A DNA stretch of 63,386 nucleotides, counting the filler, from Octopus bimaculoides (taxonomy: Eukaryota), in NCBI RefSeq assembly GCF_001194135.2. It is 4 parts of 4 records of this genome, joined end to end, with 100 filler letters (N's around TTAATTAATTAA, not from the genome) between each part and the next. Parts side by side here need not be neighbours in the genome. Positions count along the whole stretch, not along the records: positions 1 to 28,302 come from NC_068994.1; positions 28,403 to 43,600 come from NC_069001.1; 2 more parts are not named here. One strand, given 5' to 3'. The notes beneath the pieces were generated by a model. The model was not told the origin of the DNA. It made no database searches and was given only the letters and a program-made list of their open reading frames with translations. Positions 26,769 to 36,710 of this stretch are shown one piece after another; position 1 is the first letter of the stretch, and each line of letters begins with the position of its first letter. The position numbers and the translations under genes are program-made.

Positions 26769-27055
26769 NNNNNNNNNNNNNNNNNNNNNNNNNNNNNNNN
26801 NNNNNNNNNNNNNNNNNNNNNNNNNNNNNNNNNNNNNNNNNNNNNNNNNNNNNNNNNNNNNNNNNNNNNNNNNNNNNNNNNNNNNNNNNNNNNNNNNNNN
26901 NNNNNNNNNNNNNNNNNNNNNNNNNNNNNNNNNNNNNNNNNNNNNNNNNNNNNNNNNNNNNNNNNNNNNNNNNNNNNNNNNNNNNNNNNNNNNNNNNNNN
27001 NNNNNNNNNNNNNNNNNNNNNNNNNNNNNNNNNNNNNNNNCTATTATTATTAGTA

Positions 27056-27094
<39 letters not shown>

Positions 27095-27097
27095 GTA

Positions 27098-27142
<45 letters not shown>

Positions 27143-27230
27143 GGGCGGCAAGCTGGCAGAATCATTAGCACGCTGGACGAAATGCTTAGTGGTATTTTGC
27201 CCATCACTATGTTCTGAGTTCAAATGCCTC
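26010..27230 (+). mobile_element. Second SINE family A array with an expanded (ATT)n microsatellite
   Basis: Copies at about 26020, 26200, 26410 and 27142; (ATT)n at 26625-27141 spans a gap. Confidence 0.8.
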
Positions 27231-28221
27231 CCAACTGTGCCTGCTCATGATCAGAGATATGCACATTTTGTCAATCACTTAGGGACATGCTCAAGTGGTT
27301 AAGGTCAAGCAACTGATAAACAAATCTGTGGTATTGAGCAGTGTATTTGCTACAACGCTGTTTCTGCTTCAGCACTGAATGTGTCTGAAATGTAATGGAA
27401 AATAGGTCAGTTTCTAAACATTGATGTCCAGGTCACAAAAGCACAGTTCTAAGAGAATAGTAGTCATTACTTTTGATTTCTAGATAGAAGCAAATTGGAA
27501 ATAACACTTACTGACCAAAGACAAAAGAAATGCTAAAATTTTGTTACACAGTGTTATTTTTTTCCTGTTTACACACACACACGTGTGTATCCTTTTCTGT
27601 TTAACATCCATTTTTTTCCATGCTTGCATAGGTTAGGCTAACGCTTGTTGAAGTGGATTTTTCTATGCTTGGTTGTTTTTCCTTTTGCTAACCATATGCT
27701 ATTGTTTTCTCTAGTCCATGGACCAACTGAACATGCTTTTGAAAAGGGCTGCAAACAAATGATATCACTGTATCATTGGTTTTTGTTTACAATCAACCTT
27801 CACATGTCAAGACAAATGCAAGACACAAGTGCATACACTCTAATTCATTCATGCATATACATACATAGAAGTCTCTAGAAAATCTGCCTCACGAAATTCC
27901 ATCTGATCTATGCAAGCATGAAAAGAGTATGTGATGATGATGATACCAAAAATGTAACAAGTTTCTTAGTTTCAGTCTACTGAATTTCATAAGACATAGG
28001 TCAACCTTGCTTTTTTTATTCTTTTTCTTGTTTTACTGGTTTCAGTTATTTGACTGTGACCATGCTGGAGCACCATCTTGAAGGGTCTTAGTCAAACAAA
28101 TCAATCCCAAGGCTTTTTTATTTAGGTCTAGTACTTACTCTATCAGTCTCTTTTGCTGAACTGCTGAGTTATGGGGATGTAAACACGTCAACTCCAGTGG
28201 TCAAGCAGTGATGGTGGGGTA

Positions 28222-28302
<81 letters not shown>

Positions 28303-28402
28303 NNNNNNNNNNNNNNNNNNNNNNNNNNNNNNNNNNNNNNNNNNNNTTAATTAATTAANNNNNNNNNNNNNNNNNNNNNNNNNNNNNNNNNNNNNNNNNN
28401 NN
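28303..28402. other. Artificial scaffold join N44-TTAATTAATTAA-N44
   Basis: The same 100-bp construct, with stops in all six frames, occurs three times in the window. Confidence 0.95.
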
Positions 28403-28700
28403 ACATACAATATAAGATATACTTATATAAAAGAAACAGTAATACTCGCAAACTACAAAGGTAAAAAAGGAAAAAATAACGAATCTATCCGACCTTGATC
28501 AAGGTCGGGTAGATTATTTTAGTAGAGAAATAGTAGTTTTTGGCTGCTATTTCTAATTTTCGGTGTGTGGTGAAGCAATACTTGCTGAACCCTAAAATTT
28601 AAATTGTGTTTATATATTTACCAATAATGGTTTTTAACACACCGAACTACTTGGTTAAATTACTAATTATCAATTAATTATTAATTTTTACCCTATGTCT

Positions 28701-28736
<36 letters not shown>

Positions 28737-29350
28737 CGTTTTTGGACTTGGTTTGCAAGATACTTTATGTGAGTTCGTGTGTTGAAGCATATTCTGTTGT
28801 GTCTGGGGAGTGTGATACCCTTTTGCATCTTGCAAACTTTTCAATAGTTTTGTCAAAATTATTGAAAAGGTTGCAAGGCGCAACGAAAATTTCAGAAAAA
28901 TAAAGAAGGAAATAAGTTGAAATTTTACCGGTGAGTGTACTAAATTATAAGGCACTAAAAGAGAATGACTCTCCCCAGACACAACGGTATATATATACAC
29001 ACACAAACACACGAAGGCACTACATGAGCACCTACGTCGCTAAAAATAGGTTGACCAGTATTACTTCTGCTGACCTAGCAGAGGTAAGATATTTTTAATG
29101 TTTACTGGAATTTTTTCTTACCATACCTGTATTAGATTTGTGACTATTCTTTATATATAAAGAAAATGGAGATTGGGAAGGTAATAGTTGTTTATTATTA
29201 ACAGCAAATTAATGATCATCCCTTATAGCTGTTTCAATTAATATGAAGTAACTATTAAATTAATATGATGTGAGCATATCTTCAGAGGGAAAAATGTACC
29301 CTTGGATGTTTTATATGTGTTTACGGATTCATAAAAGCAGCCTGAATATA

Positions 29351-29409
<59 letters not shown>

Positions 29410-29415
<6 letters not shown>

Positions 29416-29790
29416 CGGGCTTCTTTCAGTTTCCATCTACCAAATCCACGAATAAGGCTTTGGATTTGTCCAAGGCTATAGTAGGAGACACTTACCCAAG
29501 GTGCCACTCACAAGGCTGTGGTCGACCTGAGGCTACAGTTGAAGACACTTGCCCAAGATGCACCTCACTGGGATTGAACTCGGAACCTTGTGGTTGGGAA
29601 GCAAGCTTCTTACTACACAGCCACAACATACACGATTGGCTTTCACACAGTTTCCGTCTACCAAATTTACTCGTAAGGTATTGACCAGCCCGGGGCTATA
29701 GTGGAAGACACTTGCCAAAGATGTCGCATAGTGGGACTGAACCCGAAACAACGTGGTTGCAAAGCAAACATCTTAACCACACAACCATGA
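29410..29790 (-). mobile_element. Two to three adjacent SINE family B 5' halves
   Basis: gacgggcttctttcagtttccatctaccaaatccac...gacacttacccaaggtgccac, repeated. Confidence 0.75.
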
Positions 29791-30283
29791 CAGCGTGAAT
29801 GTCTTTTTTCTCTTTTTTTTTTTCCTATTTATAAAGAAATCTATCAGGGCAGTTTCTGGTTTCTGCTCCAAATTATTATAAAGTAATTAATACAGTCTGC
29901 TTTGTCATTATTTACCCTGGAATGAACATCGCTACATCAACATCATATCACATCACACCATATTATACTGTAACTTATCTTATCATATCATACGATCATC
30001 GTATCACCAAGATCGTGACACCATGTGTACAATCTCCCACATCCCAACTGGCCAAACAGTATAGTATCTACACCAATATCATATTCCTTACGACCTTCCC
30101 TCCTCTTCCCCTCGCTTCTTCTCCTTCTATTCGTTCTTCTCTTCCTCGCAGCACCTCCTTTCATCTCCTTCGTCTTTCCTTCTACTCCTCTTCTTTTTCG
30201 CCTTCTATACGTCCTTCGCAAAATCTTTTTTCATGTTCTATCAAAGATAAAGATAATTTATTGCTCAACGATATTAAATTGAG

Positions 30284-30293
30284 GTCACGTGTC
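30284..30293. promoter_or_regulatory. CLEAR-like E-box GTCACGTGTC
   Basis: 9/10 match to the TFEB/MiT CLEAR consensus GTCACGTGAC, 180 nt upstream of the GM2A-like ATG. Confidence 0.4.
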
Positions 30294-30463
30294 ATTCTTT
30301 TGCTGCCGCTGATGACTATATACATCAGTCTGTCTCTCTGTTTACACATGTATATTCATTGCGCACGTTATTAATAAAAGCTAGTTACCTTCTGGAAAAT
30401 CGACAAGAAAACCCCATACGCTGCTTCAGTTGATCCCAGATCTTCATTGTCATTATTACTATA

Positions 30464-30539
30464 ATGTTGTTCCGTTGTGGTTTTATCGTCACTGCCATAT
30501 TGGTCAATTTCTGTTACAGTTTGAAGTGGAATCAGTGTG
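30464..30539 (+). CDS. GM2A: GM2-activator-like (ML domain) gene, exon 1: MLFRCGFIVTAILVNFCYS-LKWNQC(G), signal peptide plus start of the mature chain
   Basis: ATG in an ataATG context; a 19-residue hydrophobic leader; WNQC corresponds to the family F-x-W-x-x-C motif; strong gtgagt donor; phase 1 matches exon 2. Not shown in the ORF track. Confidence 0.88.
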
Positions 30540-30559
30540 GTGAGTTGTCTTTTTATTTA

Positions 30560-31120
30560 TTCAAATTTCGCCGAAGCCGACTTTGCCTTTCATTCTTTCT
30601 GGGTAGATAAAATAAGTACCAGTTGAACACTGGGGTTGATGTAATCAACTAGTCCCCTCCCCACAAATTTTAGGCCTTTTGCCTATAGTAGAAAGGCCTA
30701 TTATTATTATTATTATTGTCGTTGTTCTGAGTTCAAATTCTGCCGAGGTCCACTTTGCCTTTTATCCTTTCTGGGTAGATAAAATAAGTACCAGTTGAAC
30801 ACTGAGGTCGATGTAATCAACTAGTCCCCTCCCCTTAAATTTTAGGCCTTTTGTCTATAGTAGAAAGACTTATTATTATTATTATTGTCGTTGTTCTGAG
30901 TTCAAATTCTGCCGAGGTCGACTTTGTCTTTTATCCTTTCCGGGTCAATAAACTAAGTACCAGTTGAACACTGGGGTCGATATAATCGATTTACTCCCTC
31001 CCGCAAAATTGCTGGCCTTGTGCCAAAGTTTGAAACGGTTATTGTTGTTGTTATTCTGTGTGAAATCCAACTTTGCCTTTTATCATTCCGGGGGTGATAA
31101 AATAGTACCTGTCAAGTACC
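30560..31120 (+). mobile_element. Tandem 5'-truncated SINE family A units (~165 nt each) at the start of GM2A-like intron 1
   Basis: Near-identical units at about 30560-30720 and 30721-30890, then two more divergent ones. Confidence 0.8.
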
Positions 31121-31649
31121 ATGGGGCTAGTGTCTTCTACTGTAACCTCGGACCGACCAAAGCCTTGTAAGTGGATTTGGTAGACGGAAAATGAAAGAAG
31201 CCCGTCTCGTGCGTGCGTGCGTGTATGCACCACCACCTGTACTTGACAGTCGGTGTTGGCGTGTTTACGTCCTCATAGCGTAGTGGTTTTCGGCAAAAGA
31301 CTGGGGAAAAATAAGTACTAAGCTNNNNNNNNNNTACGTCCGGCTAAAATTCTAAAATTTTTCAAGGCGATGCTCCAGCATGGCTATAATCTAATGACTG
31401 AAACAAGATAGATAAAATAAAGATAACCGTTGCCCCTCTTCCCTCACCTCTACTCTGCACAAAATTTCCGTACTGTCTTAATAGTAGACTGTTTTATCTG
31501 TTTCTGGAAGCAAGAAAGTCAAAGTTGACCACGGCGTAATTTGAACTCAGGATTAAAAACTTATTTAATAAATACCGCAAAGCATTTTGTCCTACGCTCA
31601 ACCGATTCTACAAGTTTATTAATGAATCTTTAATAATTTTTAATATTCT

Positions 31650-31965
31650 TTTACTATTCATTTGATTGTGGCCATGCTGGAGTACCGCCTTAAACGTTTC
31701 TTTTTGTCGAAGAAATCTACTCCAGGACTTATTCTTTGTAAGCCTAATACTTATTCTATCGGTCTCATTTACCAAACTGCTAGATTACGGGGACATAAGC
31801 ACACCAAAATCGGTTGTCAAGGGATGGCGGACTTCATTTTGTTCACGTTTTTTTTGTGACGTCCTGTACCAAGATATGCATCTATATATACATATAGATG
31901 TAGGTATGTACATACATGTACGTATATATGCATATACTCTCATATTATTTGTATTATTATTATAA

Positions 31966-32010
<45 letters not shown>

Positions 32011-32165
32011 GGCTTCTTTCAGTTTTCACCAACCAAATCCATTCACAAAGCTTTGATCGGCTCGAGACTATAGTAGAAGACGTTTGCCCATGATATAACG
32101 CAGTGGGGTTGAACTCAGAACCATGTGGTTGAGAAGGTAGCATCTTACCACACAACAACGCCTGC
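31650..32165 (-). mobile_element. SINE family B, near full length
   Basis: 3' half at 31650-31830, internal microsatellite, and 5' half at 32010-32165. Confidence 0.7.
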
Positions 32166-33388
32166 GCCTATAAAATAAATTTTAGAATCGTTTCTACACT
32201 TCGTCTCTAACGTGTAATTTTTGAAGTTCCGAGTTCAAATACCGCGGGTGTTCGAATTCTTTAACTAGTAACTTTTTGTTGTTGTTTTTTTGCCACTTTG
32301 TCTTAATCACACAGGCATGTCGTCTGTGTGATTAAAAAGCTCGCTTTGCAACCATATATTTTCTGGTTCAATCCCACTGCGCGTTACCTTGGATGAATGT
32401 CTGAAGCAAGTAAAAGAACTAGTTGCGTTTGAATAGATTAGCAGAGGTGGTGGAGCAATAAATAACCAAACAGTTTTCAGAATTCAGTCCTCCTAACCCT
32501 ACTGTTTTTTCCCCCCCTTCCTCTTACGTTTCTGATTGATTTTCGAATTTTGCTGAGGTCCATTTTACTTTTTCATCCAACAGGGGGCAGATAAAATATA
32601 GTACCAGTTAAATACTGAGGTTGGGTGGGGGTCGCTTAATTGGCTGTAACCATCACCCCCAAACCTTTTAGCCACGTGCTCTTATTAAAGATCCTTATCA
32701 AATTGTTATAGGAACGGTAGATTGATACAATTGGTAAAGTGTCGGTACAAATGCCTTGTGATATTTGTCCCAACTCTTTACGTTCTGCGTTCAAACCCTG
32801 CCGAGGTGAGCTTTGACTCGAAGGGGAGGCTTATTAATTAAAAACAATAAATTTTAATGCACAATACTGAGTGAATCAAAGGAAATTTTTACTTTAGTCA
32901 TTAGACTGTGGTCGTGCTGGGGCACCACCTTAAAGGGTTCAGTCGAACAAATCTACCCCAGTAATTGTTTTCTAAGCCTGGTACTTATTCTATCGTTCAT
33001 TTAGCCGAACCGCTAAGTTACAGGGACGTAAGCAAACCAATACCGGTTGTCAAGCGTTGGAATGGATACATACACATATATGTTCTTGCATGCCCATATA
33101 CACACACACAACGTGGTTCTCTCATTTCCTCTACGAAAAACACTCACAAGGATTTGGTCGGTCTGGGACAATAGTTGAAGTTATTCGCCCAAAGTGCCAC
33201 ACAGTTTGGGGAGCAAACTTCTTACCATAGAGTCACGCGGGAAATAGATTTAAAAACTAGAAAGCCCAGCTGTGATAGGAAAGTGTAAGTACATAAACAT
33301 GGTCACTTGAATGCTTTCATTGCGCATGAGAGAGGTAAGTCAGTCTTTAACCGCAGTTATATGCATTATGATTTTTTTTTTTTTTTAG

Positions 33389-33581
33389 GTGGCCAAAATG
33401 TATTCCGATTAAAAAATCTGGATATACAGCCGATGCCGATGAACTTACCGGGAAAAATAAAATTAGATCTGCAGGCGACCTCTTTGAAACAGTTAAATGG
33501 CTCTGATGTGTCGATCACTATTCGTAAATCCACTTTCCTTGGTCATTTCAAGGTACCTTGTATATTTCAAGTAGGATCATG
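33389..33581 (+). CDS. GM2A: GM2A-like exon 2: (G)GQNVFRLKNLDIQPMPMNLPGKIKLDLQATSLKQLNGSDVSITIRKSTFLGHFKVPCIFQVGS(C)
   Basis: Poly-T tract plus ag acceptor, gtaagg donor, 193 nt, phase 1 to 2. Aligns by eye with human GM2A RSLTLEPDPIVVPGNVTLS...[21 protein letters not shown]. Confidence 0.93.
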
Positions 33582-33693
33582 GTAAGGATTTTAATAATCG
33601 TTTTACAGTAGACTCTGTCTGACTGTCTCACTCCTTGAGTGTTCTGTATATGTTTGTTATATGAATTTAGTGTGTGTGTATTTGTGTGCAGAA

Positions 33694-35010
33694 TACGAGA
33701 TTCAATCCACATGTTTTGAGACTGCTTTTTTAGGCAAGGCAGCTATGGCTGTCTTAGATTATTGTTCCAGATTGAAGGAACGGCTGTAAAAAGCACTCTG
33801 AACACATACTATTAAACGCTGCTTGTCACAACTAGTTTGCAGAATGCAGTCGGGGCGTGAAAAAAGAAAAAAAACAAAACATTAGGAAGTTCGCTATGCA
33901 ATAAAGGTTTGTGTTTTTGTTGTTGTTGTTGGCACTCCGTCGCTTACGACGTCGAGGGTTCCAGTTAGTCCGATCAACAGAACAGCCTGCTTGTGAAATT
34001 AACGTGCAAGTAGCTGAGCACTCCACAGACACGTGTACCCTTAACGTAGTTCTCGGGGATATTCAGCGTGACACAGTGTGACAAGGCTGACCCTTTGAAT
34101 TACAGGCNNNNNNNNNNNNNNNNNNNNNNNNNNNNNNNNNNNNNNNNNNNNNNNNNNNNNNNNNNNNNNNNNNNNNNNNNNNNNNNNNNNNNNNNNNNNN
34201 NNNNNNNNNNNNNNNNNNGGGTTTGCCACCATTCCCTGCTGGAGCCTCGTGGTGCTTTTCGCTCAATAAACACTCACAACGCCCGATCTGGGAATCGAAA
34301 CTGCGATCCTATGACCGCGAGTCCGCTGCCCTAACCATTGGGCCATTGCGCTTCCACAAAGTTTTGTGTAAGACTAAGCAAAAACGCTAAAGAAACTTAT
34401 GAAATTCACTAGACTGCTTATGGATTAATATTTTCGTTGGCATAAGAAGTTCAAGGACGATAAAAGGGGAGGTGAGAAATGACGAGAGGGGTGGGAGGGA
34501 GAAGGACGCCAGAACATCAGGGGTGGTGGAGAAAATTCGCAATTTTCTGGATGGAGGCCGTCGTGTGTCCATAATGACAATAAGCATACAGTTTGAAGTT
34601 GGTGTGGCGACAGCACAGAATTATTCATAAGGATTTGAGCATGCGCAAAACCTGTGCAAAGATTGTTCCTAGGTTGCTCAGGTTAGAGCATTCGGGCAAC
34701 CAGCTACTTGACAGAGATGGACACCAAAACTGTCCCACAACGTTCCTACGGTTCAGACCTTGTTCCTTGTGATTGTTGGTTGTTCTCTGAGATGAAGGAG
34801 ACTCTCAGAAGAGGAAAGCGGCTGTGATAAGGGTCTCGGACTCCTTCCCTTTGAAGGACATCCATGGAACCTTCATGATGTGAATGGAGCGCTATAACAT
34901 GAGCATTGAAGTCAAAAGATCCTGATTTGAAGGAGATTAGTTTTGTACTTCCTTGAAATTAATGTCGTTCCTGAAAAACTTTGAAGACATCTGGAATCTA
35001 CGTTGTATAT
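33694..35010 (+). mobile_element. Internally deleted mariner-type DNA transposon remnant
   Basis: Translatable fragments RYAIKVCV / KFCVRLSKNAKETYE / FRWHKKFKD / DLSMRKTCAKIVPRLL / SYGSDLVPCDCWLFSEMKETLR / FEGD* correspond to the mariner HTH, WVPHEL-like and YSPDLAP-like motifs. Starts with a tacgag TIR-like sequence. Confidence 0.8.
33915..34357 (-). mobile_element. SINE family C inserted in the mariner remnant, with a 12-bp TSD
   Basis: Flanked by aaaggtttgtgt (33903-33914) and aaagttttgtgt (34358-34369). Confidence 0.88.
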
Positions 35011-35118
35011 GTGGCATTCTTCTCTTGTATATTGTTAGTATATGTTTTGCATTGCACACAGACACACACACACATTGGAGAAAGAAATGATCTTGCCATA
35101 TCTATTTAATTTTTGCAG

Positions 35119-35326
35119 CACCTACCACGACTCCTGTACGCTATTAAAACGCATGAAAGACGAGAACTGGGGAGGCATGATGGCTGATATAATCACCCAA
35201 GTTGATAGCTATTTCTCGATGTACAACATTGATCTTACTTGCCCGGTGTCCAAACAAAGTCTTACGATATCCAGTATGAATGTATCCCTGCCTCATGTAC
35301 CAAGTTATTTGTCCTTTTTGGCTTCG
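35119..35326 (+). CDS. GM2A: GM2A-like exon 3: (C)TYHDSCTLLKRMKDENWGGMMADIITQVDSYFSMYNIDLTCPVSKQSLTISSMNVSLPHVPSYLSFLAS
   Basis: tttttgcag acceptor, gtgagt donor, 208 nt, phase 2 to 0. Shows the family pattern GSC-TY-x-D-x-C...CP...LP-x-x-P. Confidence 0.93.
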
Positions 35327-35916
35327 GTGAGTATTACTCCTCATCTTTAGTTACTACAGTACAAATTGATACTCTTTTACTCTTTTACTTGTTTCAGTCG
35401 TTTGACTGCGGCCATGCTGGAGCACCGCCTTTAGTCGAGCAAATCGACCCAGGACTTATTCTTTGCAAGTCTATTACTTATTCTATCGCGTGCTTATGCG
35501 ATGTATATGTGCGCGTGGATGCGTGTAAAGGGGAAAATAACTCGAATAAGCCAATGACATGGCTTCCGATAAATCTTGTAGTTGACGATGTACTAAATAC
35601 TGCGCGCAAAAATTTATAGATGTATTAAAATTTACCCCTTAGTTGGAGAAAGAAAGCAATGTAGTAGAAATTGCTGGTGACTGTCAAAGTAAAGGGGAGA
35701 TAATTATGAGAAGTTATAAATTGCACAGTAAATTCTTCATAAGTGAACAAGAGTGCCCTCATCCAAGGTTTGGTTGCCAAATTCCCCTCTAAAAGCACTC
35801 GCAAGACTTGAGGATACAGTAGATATGCTCAGTGATTTGAACTCGGAAGCACGCCCCCAGATGCCAGTACCGGTACCACCTTCTATAAGTGATGTTCAAA
35901 TGCATGTAAACAATTA

Positions 35917-36133
35917 CGATGGTATACTAAAAAGTTCCTGGCTTAAAGGGTGTCGCAAAAGGCCTGGTTGGAGGCCCAACCTTCCGAGTTCTTTTACAGG
36001 GTTTAGAAAAACTGAAGGACCACTGCAATAAGTGTGGGAATTTGTGAGGGAAATATGTTGAATAAAATCATAATTAACTAATCCTCCTGCATATCCTTTT
36101 ACCCTAAGCCAAGTATTTTTCAGCACCCCCTTG
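35917..36133 (+). mobile_element. 217-bp mariner-derived MITE
   Basis: TA on both flanks; imperfect ~28-bp TIRs (cgatggtatactaaaaagttcctggctt / aagccaagtatttttcagcacccccttg); the internal remnant GLEKLKDHCNKC resembles a mariner C-terminus. Confidence 0.75.
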
Positions 36134-36186
36134 TACATGTACACAATTATTTTAATCTAATTTTCTAAAAATTTTATTTTACCAAG

Positions 36187-36273
36187 GGTTCCTACAAAGT
36201 CCATGTGAACATGGTTGACAGACATACGAAAGAACAGACGTTTTGTCTTGATCTAGAATTCAGCATCGCCTAA
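36187..36273 (+). CDS. GM2A: GM2A-like exon 4: GSYKVHVNMVDRHTKEQTFCLDLEFSIA*
   Basis: ttttatttaccaag acceptor, phase 0. Has G-x-Y-x-V and the last conserved Cys (human GNYRIESV...LGCIKIAASL). TAA at 36271-36273. The four exons total 564 nt, or 187 aa. Confidence 0.9.
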   Translation, partial: GSYKVHVNMVDRHTKEQTFCLDLEFSIA

Positions 36274-36342
36274 CGGAAAAACCGGCAAACACTTAGTATC
36301 GGATCATCATAGTGTTCGTTGTGTGAACTTTTCCATCCCCTA

Positions 36343-36348
36343 AATAAA
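36343..36348 (+). terminator. Poly(A) signal of the GM2A-like gene
   Basis: AATAAA 70 nt after the stop codon, followed by U-rich sequence. Confidence 0.6.
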
Positions 36349-36502
36349 ACCTCTATTCCAGTTTCTATTGTATCCCTCAAATATTTTCATGTTATTCTTT
36401 TACATTTAACAAAGCTTTATCTAAAATAGGTTTTAATTTATTTTTTAGATAACATTACTTATAAAGAACATAAAATACTTGAAGTCTATAGCATTATTAT
36501 TA

Positions 36503-36710
36503 AAGCGGGCGAGCCGGCAGAATCGTTATCACGTCTGATAAAATGATTGACGGCATTTCAACCGACTCTTTACGTTCTGACTTCAAATCCCGCCTTTCGG
36601 GGTGGATAAAATAAGTACATTTGAGATAAAACAAGTACATGTAATCGACTAGTCTCCTTCCCAGGTATTTCAAACCTTGTGCCTATAATAGAAAGGATTA
36701 TTATTATTTT
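36503..36710 (+). mobile_element. SINE family A
   Basis: gcgagccggcagaatcgttatc...gccttgtgcc-like tail, tagaaaggattattatt. Confidence 0.75.

Noticed and set aside
28769-29090. Donor-like sites (gtgagt at 28769 and 28931, gtaaga at 29085) as upstream coding exons of the GM2A-like gene
   Set aside because: The 28848-28930 candidate exon has stops in all three frames, and 30464-30539 already supplies the ATG and signal peptide. These sites could at most belong to 5' UTR exons.
29922-30374. 150-aa ORF upstream of the GM2A-like gene
   Set aside because: It derives from CATCA-like and CT-rich low-complexity sequence, resembles no domain, and does not splice convincingly to exon 1.
30378-30553. 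Minus-strand open frame (...DNEDLGSTEAAYGVFLSIFQK followed by gtaact)
   Set aside because: It has no start or acceptor and overlaps the true GM2A-like exon 1 antisense, so it is a shadow frame.
20440-31120. CRISPR-like regularly spaced repeats
   Set aside because: The units are ~165-220-nt SINE copies with microsatellite tails in a spliceosomal-intron eukaryotic context. There is no repeat-spacer structure and no cas genes.
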